Assembly (NCBI GenBank): GCA_000320545.1
Contig: ADNK01000103.1
Span: forward strand, 1-62,582
DNA length: 62,582 nt
Source: Bigelowiella natans CCMP2755
Taxonomy: Eukaryota; Protista; Cercozoa
Direction of reading: 5' to 3'
Of this stretch, positions 1 through 13,300 are shown one piece after another (within the stretch, counting starts at the first letter, position 1; each line of letters opens with the position of its first letter). The translations under genes and the position numbers were made by a program. Below the pieces are notes generated by a model that was given only the letters and a program-made list of their open reading frames with translations, had not been told where the DNA came from and searched no databases.

Positions 1-1593
1 TGGAGAAAGAGAGTATGAGAGGAGGAGGAGGGAGGGGAGGGGGAGGGGAGGGGAGGGGAAGGTGGGGAGAAAGCCGGGTACGCACATTTTGAACTAAAAA
101 ACAAGAACAACTGCTCATTGTCTACCATGAGGCAGGTCACAAGACCAACCGCAGCTGGCCCCGTCAGAATGGAAATGGACTGCGATGTTCCAAGGAGAAG
201 AGCGCAGACAGCGGCAGAATTGAGTATGATAACGGTCAACAGAAGCAGGCGTTTCTGCGCGTTCATGTAATCCCCATCAGGTCGAGCAAAGACGGCGAAC
301 CATGGGTGTTTCCGGCGTAAGACCCACTTCGCACCAAAATATAAGTTCTGGCACGACCGCTTGCCTGTCGCGTGCGTTTTGCGAGCTGTATTCCAGCTGG
401 GAAAAAGGGGATAGAGAAGGGAATCAGATGGTGAAGTTGGTTGAGTAAAGTACTGCTTCCAGCAAGAGAAGAAGCATGCAAACTACAACATTTCTGTCGG
501 AAAATGCACCGCGTTCCTCTCTCCCCTCCCCCTCAACAAACGTTGTAAGCATGCCAGAGGAAAGAGCGCACGGCAATGATACCTTCTCCAGAAGGCCCTC
601 TCAGCACTTGCAGCGGAGCCGGCCTCTTGCTCTTGCATCTGATGCTGATCATACATCCTCGCCAATGGGAAGAGTAGCACCGCTAGACCAACAACGGAGA
701 TAGTGAACGCCATCATTCTATTCTTAGCTGGATTGAGGGAGTTGGTGTTTGTCACGTCGTCTGAGCTCAGCTGATTGACCTCCAATCGCACCTCTCTCCG
801 GACTTCGCTCGTGAATGATGTGAGGTGGAAGCTCTTACATTCTAAGCGCCCGTCGGACGTCCTTCCTGTCGCCATAACTCCAGTCGATGACCATCTTCTT
901 CCTGTTTTGTCCCAAAACACGCAGCTCGATGAGAGCGAGGAGGAGGAAGAGGAGTTCTCGAGTATCTTCGCGGTGGCATTTCCCCGTGGAATAGAGAAGA
1001 GAAACGGCTCGGAAGCATTGTCTATCTTGATCTCGCTGCCCGTAGAAAAGTCTGCGACTTCAATACTGATTAGCCCTTCACCGAGGCCTGCGAAACAAAG
1101 AAGTAAAGTAGTTGGATCAGAGAAATTAGAATGAAGTAGTAGTCGCAGCAAAAGTAGGGACTGCTGTGGTAGCAGTGGCGGTAGGCACTGCTGCTGTTGT
1201 TAAGCAAAATTATCGAGGCCTCGATGGTACTCCTCTCCTCCTCCTCCTCCTCCTCCTCCTCCCTACTGTTACCATTTGCTATCGAAGCAAGTGTTCCAAG
1301 CTACCTACCACCCTCTCTCGCACACCCCTCCTTGCTTATTTGCTACATGCTCCGTTCCATTTCTCCCACTCTTGTGTAAGTGTGTGACCTGGCACGGAGT
1401 TGTTAGGGGGAGGGTAAAGACTATCGCCAGCAATCGTGAGCACTGAAAGCTGCACAGGCGTCGAATTGTACTTCTGAGGAAGGGGTGGGAACTGTACCGA
1501 CGATTTCCCCGTCGCCAATGAACTCCCTGCAAAAATCATCATTAAGACGGTAAATTAGGCACACGCACACAAACAGAGAGAAAGGGAGGGAAG

Positions 1594-1638
<45 letters not shown>

Positions 1639-2437
1639 AGAGAATGAAGCGTAAACCGAAATATCCACGAATTTATCTGTGAAGTAAGCTGTGATCTTTT
1701 TGCCCTATGACATCGTATAAAAGGGTGCGACGTATATCATTACTTGCCGCATCCGATCCAGTCAAGACCCTAGCTGCCATTTTTATCGAGATCCTATCCT
1801 CCCTCTGGACAGAACTTGAGTTCGTTTGCTCTTCACCGACCACGGCGCTGCTCACCATGGTAGATTGGAGATTCCTAATGACGTTATCAACCCCGTAGAC
1901 AAAATCCTCCCCACGCTCTTGCTCAGGTGATACCGCCGCCGACGCCGAAGATTGCGAGGACGCTGAAAGCAGATTAGAAACCGCAGATAAAGCCACAGAG
2001 ACAAAGTCGGTGACCGAAGAATCGTCCCCCAGGTCTCGACCGGACGACGTGAGGTTTTTCAGCATAGATACAGCTGTTTTTCGAGTCTTCGCGTCAATTT
2101 CTGCAGGCTCCACGAAGTCAGTAGTGGCCTCAAGCAGAGTAGTAGAGGTACTAGCGCTCAGCCTCCCATTTAGTTGCGACTCCTTGCTTAAGAGCTCCAT
2201 CAGGCCTGTGTATAATAAGAAGTAAGTGAGGATGCTAGGAGAGGGAAAGAGGGAAGGTCCGAGAGGAGTATTTGCGAAAAAAAAAAAGTGAACGACGAGT
2301 CCTGCGGATCCCATTCCTATCTCCGAGCATCCCCCCTTTCCCCTCGCTAGCTCGATTTTTTCCTTGCAGCATCAGTCGGGACATCCCCAATTCTCCCCTC
2401 TCCTCCCACCTCCACACCATTTCTTTCTCTGTTTCTG

Positions 2438-2477
<40 letters not shown>

Positions 2478-3109
2478 CTTTCTTTCCTCCCCTCTTGCTT
2501 TGTGTTTATGCACGTGCATGCGTGTCTCTGTCAGCATCCCCACACGAACCTTCACGTGTGGCTTGGCTGGAAGAGACGTCGACCGTCTCCTTGCGTCGAG
2601 ATGCCTCGAGATAGGATATTACACCCGCGTATTCGGAAGCGAAACTCTCCGTGTCGCCTTGCTCCAGCAGCTCCCCGAGGTGAGTTTTCTCTTCGTCCAG
2701 AGCAAGTGTTACGGGCTGGGAGACACTAGCCGTCATCTCAGTCATTGCTGCTGCCCCGACACTGTCGATGATGCGCGCGCGTAGATTCACAGTACTGCTG
2801 CTACTGCTGCTATCGTCGGCGCTGCCACCAAGTCTCGTTTCGAAAGAGCTCATGCGTCGTGGGGCGCAGAGATCAACATACCCTTTCCCCGTCGTAGTTG
2901 TTTTCGCTTGCCACTGAAACTGGTATCTGTAAAAAGCATTCATTCAATGTAGATGAGTATGTGGGGGGGGGGGTGAGGACGACCGCTGGAGTACACTGTG
3001 TTTGTGGATTGCGGTGATCTTGTGACGCACGGCAAGGTAGACACGGTATGTAAAAGGTCATGTCTTGCTGCTGGTGTCTCTCTTCTCGCTTGCTAGCTTT
3101 TCTCCACCC

Positions 3110-3149
<40 letters not shown>

Positions 3150-6100
3150 TCTCTCTCTCTCTCTGCGTGTGTGTGTGTGTGTGTGTGTGTGTTCTTTTCT
3201 CTCCTTCTCTCCTTCACTCCCCGCAGCTAACACGTACGCGCTTGCCTTATTTTTGGGGTGTGTACAAAGAACGGCTATTGCTTACGTGAGAGGCAGGTCC
3301 TCGTCATTCCACCCCGCACAGCTGAAGACAAAATTGGTCTGCAAGGCTACGCCGCTTGTAGGCGCAACCTGACACGCGCCTAGACGAGGAGCCCGGTTTG
3401 TGATCAACTTGATCTCCGCCTTACCAGAGAATTCTGACGCCGACGACTTCGCAACCACTCGGAAGGTGTAGGTAAGGCTTGGCAGCAGTACACCGGGAGG
3501 AAGAACTAGATAGCTCTGCGATGAAAACATGGAAGAATGCTGCTGGGACAGGCCCAGGTCCAGATTGCCTGAGGTGCAGATCCACGAGATGTTGCGGCTC
3601 TCCGGGTATTGTTCGTCCTTCCAGTCTACACTTGCTTCAAGGCGAACCTGAGCATCCATGGAGGCTGTCAATTCGATGGGAACCAAGAAGTAACGTAGAC
3701 ATTCACATTTGTTTTCCTTCTCCCCATCAAATGCAACTTCGGCGTGCATTTCATAGCCGTTCTATGTTTTATACAACCGTCCTCCCCCCCCCCCCCCCTT
3801 CCCCCCCGTTCTTTTTTCCTGCTCCCCAAGTAATGTGATGATCAACATGCCACGAAGAGAACAATTTTTTTTTAATCAATAAATATTAAGAGTAAAGTGA
3901 TTAAGTAAAAATTACGTGACTGTTTTTGACAACGAGGGCTGATCAATATCAATATACAAAGCATCAGCATCAGGCCAAAACAAGCGACAAACCGAGTTCT
4001 TAATGTCCTGCTTTTCGGTCGGTGCAGCTGCCTCCCTGATCAAAGATGACGATCCTGATGGTGATGAACCACTGCTGGTCCTAGACCTCATTCTCCTCTT
4101 CAATCGAACCTCTGGAACCTCCCCACTCCAACTTCCGACCGTCACAACCTCCAGGATCTGCGTCGCATTGGAGCTGCCTGTCGCCCCGGTCCCGCTACGG
4201 CTCGCACAAACGCTCACGGTGTAGACTGAGGTTGTTCCGGGACGCATCGAGGAGAGCTGCAGCAGCGAGGTAGAGATGCTCAGCTCCTCCTCAGTATTTT
4301 GTGGCAGAGAAAGATAGGTTCCCGCACCATTTTGTACCGACCAATGATAAATAACCGAGGGGGGGGGGGACAGTTCCGACGTGGCTAGGCCAGCAGCAAA
4401 TGTGAGAGTTTTAGATCGCTGCGGGGTTATAGATATTGTTCTCCGCATACCCCCCTTTATGTAGACGCCTAGCTGCTCTTCTTGTACCGTGACAAAGAAA
4501 GCTAGGCTGGAAGAGCCCAGCGTACTTGTTCCTTGTACCGAGGAAACGGTGGCCGTAAACCTATAGGTGTTGCCTGCACTCAGCGTATTCGGGTCAAGGC
4601 TAAAGAATAAACTCCTCTGGGAACGCGTGCCCTGGATAATGGGGTCGGACGTCCAACTCGTGCTAATGGTAACTGATTTGGAGAATTGGCCAGAACGAGG
4701 ACACATGTACGCAAGCACGCACGCACGCACGAACACAAACACAAGTTACATAAATGATTGAGAGATCTTCTCGATAATTTCCAACTTGTTAAAAAAAATG
4801 ATACGAACACTGAGCTACCCGGTACAAAACTGTCTACAATTCACACAGAGAGTGGCCAGAGCAAGAAAGAGCTGCGGAAGAGAGGAGAATGGAATAGGAT
4901 AGGAAAAAACCATTGGCACACCTTTCCCGCCATTCGCGTCGTTGCAAGAGGGAACCTTAGCTTTCAACTGCAGTTCTAGAGGTTCGTTCTTCCTCATGGT
5001 AATATTCTGAGGCGATCCAGCCGAAACGATGGGGATTGACTGGTCGGCTACCACCGTGAATGCAAAGATCTTCTCAGCAAACGTGCCCAGCCAGTCTTGC
5101 GCTCTCACCTTGATTGAGTACTCACCGGTTTCCCGCAAATAATCTTCGATAGGTATTGAGAGGACCGAGGAATTCTTTGTACTTGCGTCGCTTGTGATGG
5201 AATCAATCGCTTCTCTCAAGCTTCGATTCGGAACTGAAACTAGGGTCCAGCTGATGTTAGGGGCCTTCCCTGCGCCACCATCCACAAGAGCATTCGCGGT
5301 AAAGTAGGCTGATGACTCGCCACACGTGGATACCCTTGAAGGTGCAAATACCTCGAGTCCCAAGGAGGGATTGTTTCCTGGCGCTTCTAACTTGTTCGAG
5401 AAAGTCGAACCAGTTATATTTAGACGAATTTCGTCTCCTGGCCTGATGGTGAAGCCCATCCCAAGCTGCACTGCCATCTCATTGTTATTATCTCCCGGAA
5501 TACATAGAGGAGACTCGCCGAGCTTTGCAAGCGTTTCTGAGTGAGAGGGCATACAAGCACGGGAACGAAAGAAGGGCAGGATAGGTTGGAGAGATGGGAG
5601 AAGTGAGCGTATAACATTATGAGAATCTTCAGGCATGCGACATGATCACCAACAGCGCGCCAGAGTCCCGCACGCTATTACCTTCATTAATGACACTCTT
5701 GTAGTTGATGTCCAATGGCGATGTTAAGAACCGAATGAGTATTTCTGTATATAAGCTGTTGAACCTCGCCGTGAACGGAGCTGTCGTAGGAGCCGAAGTC
5801 GTTGGAGTTGAAGTTGGATTCGCTGTTGTAGGGCTTTGTGTGTTTGGCGAGATGGTGGGCGAGATAGTGGGGCCTTGAGTATTTGGCGAGATAGAAGAGG
5901 GCGAGACGGTGGGCGAGATAGTGGGTATGTTGGTTAAGGGCGATTGAGTTGGTGAAGTGGAAGAGGGTGAGACTGTGGGCGAGATGGTGGGTATGTTGGT
6001 TGAGGGAGATTGGGTTGGAGAGGTAGAAGAAGGTGAGACTGTGGGCGAGATTGTGGGTGTGTTGGTTGAGGGAGATTGAGTTGGTGAAGTGGAAGAGGGT

Positions 6101-7623
6101 GCGACGGTGGGCGAGATAGTGGGTGTGTTGGTTGAGGGCGATTGAGTTGGTGAGGTGGAAGAGGGTGCGACGGTGGGCGAGATTGTGGGTGTGTTGGTTG
6201 AGGGAGATTGAGTTGGTGAGGTGGAAGAGGGTGCGACGGTGGGCGAGATAGTGGGTATGTTGGTTGAGGGAGATTGAGTTGATGAAGTGGTAAAGGGCGA
6301 GACTATGGGCGAGATAGTGGGTGTGTTGGTTGAGGGCGATTGAGTTGGTGAGGTAGAAGAAGGTGAGACTGTGGGCGAGATTGTGGGTGTGTTGGTTGAG
6401 GGCGATTGAGATGGTGAGGTGGAAGAGGGTGCGACTGTGGGCGAGATAGTGGGTGTGTTGGTTGAGGGCGATTGAGTTGGTGAAGTGGAAGAGGGTGCAA
6501 CGGTGGGCGAGATAGTGGGTGTGTTGGTTGAGGGCGATTGGGTTGGTGAAGTGGAAAAGGGCGAGACTGTGGGCGATGAAGTAAGCCAGGGTGAATACTT
6601 TACCTCGCCGTCTTTTGTAATGATCAGCACGTTCCTAGCACTATACGGAGCGCAATAGATGTTCGATGAGACGTTGACACACGTGCGGTAAAATAAAGTT
6701 TTGCTTAGTGTATTGGATAAAGTTGCCGTAGTCGGGTTCGATGTTGTCGTTATCTGAAGCACATTTGTAGCTCCATACGGGGCGCAGTAAACCGATTGGC
6801 CCATACCCACACATGAAGTATACTGCTCCGCTATCAAAACAAGAAAACATATAGAAACCAGTTGCCATATTTTCATGAGAATATCAATGAACGATTTCGA
6901 GAAGATCCCAATAATAGCGAACAACTGAACATTAGAGTGATTCTTTTGAATGGAAATTTTGAGGAGAAGAGTAAACATGCAGAGAGAGGAGGGGGGGGGG
7001 GGGAGAGAGAGAGAGTGAGAGAGAAAGAGAAGGGAAGGGGAGTGATACAGAGAAGGAAAGACGAAAAACCGGAGAAAATATTCACGGAACAACATGAAGA
7101 AGAGAGATGAAACATATTCACGGTCATGGGGACGATGATACTTATCATCATGACTACCATTTCCAGTTGACGGCATTTCTACATCGTTCTGTTTTTTATT
7201 TTGATCATATTGCAAGATGTTGCCTTCTCCAGAGGGGACACAGAAGACATTTGATCCTAATGCGGCGCAGGCCTTATAATGGACTGCCATGTAAAATGAA
7301 TATGGATTAGCGTACACATGTGTGCAGGGGGGAGGGGGCTAAGGAGGCCTTATGCAGATGGTTCTATGGGGAATAAAGAAAACATTATATAATCGATCGT
7401 GTTTAATGTATGCATGTACATTCTCCATCCATGCTGAAGATTTTCTTCCACTTGTATGAGTCCGATGTCTTGTAAATTTGTATAGCCGTGTTTGTGGTGG
7501 TGCTGCTTTTTAACATTTTTGTGGTGGTGCTGCTCCTTAAAATGCAAGATATCCCAGACTGAGGAGAGGCGCACGCACTGTCAATGTACTTTGGAATATT
7601 GGATTCCAATAATAATGTAGAAT

Positions 7624-7660
<37 letters not shown>

Positions 7661-8163
7661 AAACATATTAGCAATAGCAAAGACAAAAGCAGCACGTTTT
7701 TTGGTTGCTCTCGTTACTTACAAAGATGGAAAAAATAGTGTTCAAGTTCTGTTTGTTTGTAGCGATATCGGAGAAAAAGGTGGGAGCTGAAAATTGTACA
7801 CGTTCAAATTTAACACATTACGCCGCAAGTTTTAATACAAGCGTTTTCTTTGTAAGTAGCTGGGGAATATTTTTACAGTGAATTAAAGAGCGAATATAAG
7901 AGCATAAGAGCAGATATATTATTGAAGGACCTTGATGTTTGATAAGTTCGAGCTCGTCTTCAGGGGAAATCCGTAAGATATAGGTTGTGCCGATGCAAAA
8001 TATGTTGTCGTCGAAGATAGAGCAGGAGGTATACAAATGATCGCTGTGTGCTGAAAATTAAAAATGGAATTATATGCACAACTGCAACTTCAAACACGCC
8101 CTCAGACACAGATATGATGAATGAAACATAAATATGTATGTATATGTTGATATGCGTTTGTGC

Positions 8164-8194
<31 letters not shown>

Positions 8195-9474
8195 CGTTGT
8201 GTGCCTGCATGCATATATTGACCAGCTTTTAACTAGCACCCAAGCACTTAACCAGCACTCATCTCGTCTCTTCCTTGTCTACCCCCTCTTAATTCATTAT
8301 TTACCTGCATTATCAATAAACTTGAACTCCTCATCTTTATCTTTGATATTTAGTTGGGAGATGCGCAAAATCTTTCGCTTTTTCGTTATACTACTGCTGC
8401 TGTAAGGAGCACAGTAGATTTTCTCTGCCCTCTTAACACAGCTTTTTGTGTTCCATCCTATGGTTTCAGGACCGAAGACCAAACAAGGGAAACACCGAAA
8501 AAGAGGGATCGCAAATAAGAACGATATATGTAGAGACCAATTAAGCCACAGAAGATATCAACGAGCTTAACACGCATGCACGAATCATTAGTACTCAATT
8601 CGGAAAATAAAATAAAAACTCTCTGCAGCTCGTGGCATGCGTGGACACTGCAAAACATCAAAACATATCCCATCCATCTAGCATTCCCTCTGGGCTCCAG
8701 AAAGATCGTGTCACCATCACCATGCACGCACTATCACCATCGTATATCATCATTCTCTCATCTCATCTAAGCATCATGCCCTCCCCCAACATTTTGCAAT
8801 TTTCGTACAGCTCCTCTTACCAGCAATGTTGTTTTCTTCTCCGCCTATGATATTGCCCATTTTTTCGATTTTAAGGAATTTCGTCCCATCATGCCGGACG
8901 CAGTAAATCGTTTTCCCTAAGATTTCGCAGGCCGAGCACCTCACTGGCTCACCTGTGGATGACAGGAATAACAGAGGATGCATGGAGAATTAAGAATGAT
9001 GGCAACGGATAGCATGGCTAGTAGATGATAACAAGTATGCGACACAGATCATGGGCAAATCAAATATACCAAAAGCTTGTGATCCACTATCGGTTATCCG
9101 AAGTAACCTTACAGACTCTTCATCTGAGTAACAATACGATTCTGCCCCATCGGTAATACACTTCGTGTAACCCGGGCCTTGAGGGACGGAATTCCCTCCC
9201 CCTATGAAGTAATTAGAAATAAATAGTATGTTGAGAACAGTAAGTAAATTTCGCATATACAACAAGTATAGCAATAGAGGGGGAATTTGTGGAATCAAGA
9301 GAACCTTGATTAACCCCAATTTGAGCAGAATCCGGTTGTCCAATTTTTACGTGGGAAATAACACCCTAATATATCAGATTCACATTCTGAAGTCAGCAAC
9401 TCGCTCCGACCATTATGGCACAAGCTCTTTCTCACCAGCAGCAACCCCAGAAACAAAAGTTTATGGGGACGCAT
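1..9474 (-). CDS. Multi-exon polycystin-1-like / REJ-GAIN(GPS) membrane receptor with N-terminal beta-propeller-like repeats and a Ser/Pro/Thr stalk; 3' end runs off the window
   Basis: Signal-peptide-like start MRPHKLLFLGLLLVRKSLC at 9474. Repeats of the form YxxCxxxGxxIYCAPYxAxNxLxI at 6.6-9.2 kb. PT stalk at 5.9-6.55 kb. REJ-like exons (YTFRVVA, NRAPRLGACQVAPTSGVALQTNFVFSCAGWNDEDLPL). GPS motif CVFWD...WSSTGV...CKSFHLTSF at about 820-925, followed by hydrophobic TM segments. Confidence 0.8.
5894..6553 (-). repeat. Coding tandem repeat, 66 bp x about 10 (TSPTQSPSTNTPTISPTVAPSS), mucin/PT-like stalk
   Basis: 66-bp periodicity visible in the DNA and in ORF 5629..7317. Confidence 0.95.
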
Positions 9475-10010
9475 CGCGCCGCCCTCTCTTGCTCCCTTGG
9501 TCTTTGGGTAGATTTACAGGTTGAGACGACGACATGACATGCATGCAATTACCAGTTTAATCCATGGTAATTCTAGCATGCGACAAGCACGATTCCATTT
9601 GCAGATTACTAATAGGACCCTAATCTCAGTTGAATTGTGAAACCGCCTAGACACTGATCAGAAAACATGCGACGGGCGTTTCGAAAAATCGTCAATGAAG
9701 ACGTCTGAATGCGTGGACTTCTAAGCGTTTTTTTTCAGCGAAAACAAACGTTTAATGGTGGTGATTCTCTCGTGCGACATGATGGAAATCTCGTGTGCTT
9801 GATGAGACAAGGATTTAGTTCCAATCAATTCACATTGCAACGGCACCATCAATCGGCATCCATGCCAATTTCATCCCTTGTTCCGTCTGTACACGTCTCC
9901 GGCATTTCAGATGAGTGGCCATGGTGTTCTCATCCCTTCACGCAGCCTTGGAGTGTGCCTCTGATGGGTTGCAGCTGATTTTTTGTGTCTCTTCACCAAC
10001 AGGGTGCTGA

Positions 10011-10335
10011 TGTTGCGCGTAAGGTGTTCACAGGCCGAGGCGCTACGTGCACAAGTAGGCAGGGGGGGGGAAGGCACGTTTGCTTCCTTTTGAAGAGTTA
10101 TGTTCATTTTTATTAAAGATTATATTTTTATTAAATCGTGCACTGCGTAATCATTCGCGAAGCTTTCGCGAATGCCGCCGCACGTGGGGCAGCACACTTC
10201 CGGTGTGCTGCCATGAGTCCCGCCGGAACCCACGTGCCTATACTGTATTAATATCTACGTTATCTATATTCTATATCCGCGACAACCCCTTTGTTGTCGC
10301 ACGTGACTTGTGCTCGCGTAGTAGTACGCGCTACA
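10011..10335 (-). repeat. 3' LTR (325 bp)
   Basis: Direct repeat of 15400-15724. Two AATAAA signals on the minus strand at about 10107-10132. Confidence 0.97.
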
Positions 10336-10343
10336 CCTCCCCC
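10336..10343 (-). promoter_or_regulatory. Polypurine tract (GGGGGAGG) abutting the 3' LTR
   Basis: cctccccc on the + strand immediately inside the left LTR. A longer purine run (aagggaataaggaaggaaggag) lies just upstream on the minus strand. Confidence 0.8.
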
Positions 10344-10386
10344 AAGTCACGTTGCTCCTTCCTTCCTTCCTTATTCCCTTAGACCT

Positions 10387-13300
10387 TTATCGCTTTCGGA
10401 ACTTCACCAACCACCAGGTAATAGATTCCTCTCTAACCTTATCTCCTTTGTCGCTTACCCAGAACTCACCTTCGTCCTTAGGTTCGTGTCCATACCAGCC
10501 CTCTGCATCAAGGTCCCCCAGGACCTTATACCAGTGCTCAAAGGGTAAGTCGGGAACAGCTAGGTAGAGTAGCTGATATTTTCCGTCCTTTATTTTCATA
10601 GCTACCCTCTCCATATTTCGTAATCCAGGGTAGCCTAGATAGACAATCTTCATGCGCCAATCGTCGTTCACCCTGACCTTATTGTTTCCATATTCCACAT
10701 CGAACTTAGGTCGGGGTCCTAAACAAGGCATGGCTCGCTCCCACACAGTAGGGTTTACTTTAACATCCTCTAGGAGCTTCTCACCGATATCATAATTCTT
10801 TAGGTGACTGATGTGGCGCAAGGTGACCCTGTTCCCATCATAGATGTAGTACTGCTTCCTCCCCTTCCTCTCGGTAACCTTTGCAACGCCACCCCAGAAG
10901 GGGTCTTGTTTATTTCTCGATCTCAGATTTACCTTGGCCCTAACATACTGTCCTTCCTTTAGAACTCGGCCATCGTACGGGACCTTCTCGTCTTCGCTCT
11001 CGGTATCGTCGTCGTTGTCGTCGCCTTCTTCCCTCTCCTTATCCTTGATACCTCCCCCAGACGTGAAGGTGTCGTTTACTAACCCTTGTATCTTGTCTGG
11101 TGTGGTGCTATTTATCCTGCTTAGGTTGGCCAAGGTGCGGTGGAGTCGCTCTACCTTGGAGTTGGACTGGGCATAGTATACAGGTGAGGCATCAATATTA
11201 GGGTGTGGTAGCTGTAGAAGAGAGGTCTCATTATCCACATGTAATTTCTTTGGTATCTTGTTTATGCTAACTTCATCAGGGATAGCCTGGAGCTCAGACT
11301 CCCAGGTACGGTAGCAGTTAGTAAGCCTCTGCTTATATAAGCCTTTGTTCTTCTTAGCAACGTTGACCTTGATAATCTTTTTAACCCAGCACTTTCCAGT
11401 GGCCACATCAACGAAGGTAAGGTAGTGATAGCCATCGTACTTATAAACATCAATTTGCACGATATCTAAGAAGTTCCTTGCTTTGATTTTCTTAGATGCA
11501 CGGCTCTTGCTGGACTCCTTGGTGGCGACACCTGCCGCCTTCAAGCTGGAGCACCTGCAGCCACGCAGGTATGTCCTTATCTCTTTTAGCTTGTAGGGCC
11601 AGTAGTAATGGTAGAGTAGAGCAGTGATATGGTTTTCTCCTACGTGTGCAGGTCCATGGGCGGTAAAGAGAAGGGCTCCCCTGGTCCGCCGTGGCACGTA
11701 GGTACGCCTAACATTATTAGTGTATACATATATCCTATCACTAAGTACCTCATGCTTGTGTTTGTATTTATCCAGGTGTTCTTGAAGGTGCTGGAGCTCC
11801 TCTGGCTCAGGCAGGAAGTCGCCGTCCTCGAAGGTAATCGCGTTAACCATAGGGGTGACCTGGGTAGGGACTTTCTTTTCGAACAGCCTGCTGAAATAGT
11901 CAGCAAGCTGCTTGTCTCCTGGTGCGTAGACCACTGTCCTCTTGTCCCTAAACTCTTCCGTGTCCGCCCTCATAGCTGCATACTCATCGTTAGGCGCTTC
12001 GAGCTTGCGGTCGATGCCTAGGAGGGGCTTGTGGTCAGTCATTAAGGTGAAGCTGGGCACCGACAGCAGGTAGTATCTTAGTTTCCTCTGCGCCTCAGTC
12101 ATGGCTTTATACTCTCCTTTTGTAGGGCTGTATTTGGCCTCAGCTGCTGTACAGGCCCTGCCCCACACCCGTATGATCTGCTGGTCTTGGGTAAGTACAG
12201 CAGCCATACCTAGCTTAGACCAGTCTGTCCATAGGGTAGCTGGTCTAGTAGTGTCTAGCTTAGCATTCAATAGGGTGTTGCTGCATAACTTTATTAGGTT
12301 ATCGAAGTGGGCATCAAGGCCAGCCTTGGCCCACACCTTAGCGAAGCTGAGGCCTACAGAGTTCTCCTTCCGGTAAGCAGTAGTAAAAGCAGCTGCAGTC
12401 CTAGCGTAGGTAGGGGAGAACCTACGTAGTATCCAAGCTGCAGTCTGCAAGAATGACTTTAACTCCTTTGCATTCTTAGGTTTAGGGGCTTGCTGTAGTG
12501 CTGCTACTTTCTCGGGGTTTGGGGTGATGCGGCCTTGCTCCAGGTAATATCCACACCACTTGATTCTTGTAGCTAGGAATGTACACTTCTGCAGTCTAAT
12601 GGTAAAACCGAAGTGTGCAAACCTAATAAATATATTTTCCAGGAGGAAGATCTGAGCGACGACTGTGTTGGTACATATTATGTCATCATCCACATACACA
12701 AACACAAACACCCACAACACAGACGCCATCCCATCATGTGTGTATGCCCTGTAGTTCTGACTACTGAACGCATCCCCTGATATGCTTAGGCCGTAAGGGA
12801 ATACGACGAAGTGCCACTTCCTGTGCCTGCTGGAGAACGCGGTAATGGGGCGGGAGGTTTTGTGGATGGGTGTCTGCATGTATGATTCATTTTTATCTAG
12901 GGAAGAGTAGTATTTGTATCCTATGACGTGTTCAATAACGTCATCTATCTTTGGTGTAGGTGTCTGGATCCTCTTTATTACTCGGTTGTGGCGGATGAAG
13001 TTGTGCGCCAGGCGGAAGAAAGGGTAAGTAGGTTTCTTAGCTAGCACATGTCTCACGTTCCATGGTGAGTTGCTTGGCTCTATCTTCCCTTCCTTTGCCC
13101 ATTCATTGATCTGCCACTCAATCTTTTCCCAGTCCGCTTCCGGTCGCCTATGTTCTGGGTCATTGATGATGCACTCTTCGTATCCCTCCTTTAGCTCGAT
13201 CTTTACTGGGGTAAGTTTGCTGGAGGGCTTCGTCGTCGGCTTGGTAATGTCAGAGTACTTCTCGTTTAATATTTTATTAATGTACTTTTTGCCTTTGTCG

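Noticed and set aside
5894-6553. Regular 66-bp array resembling a CRISPR or satellite
   Set aside because: No unique spacers; it is an in-frame Ser/Pro/Thr coding repeat.
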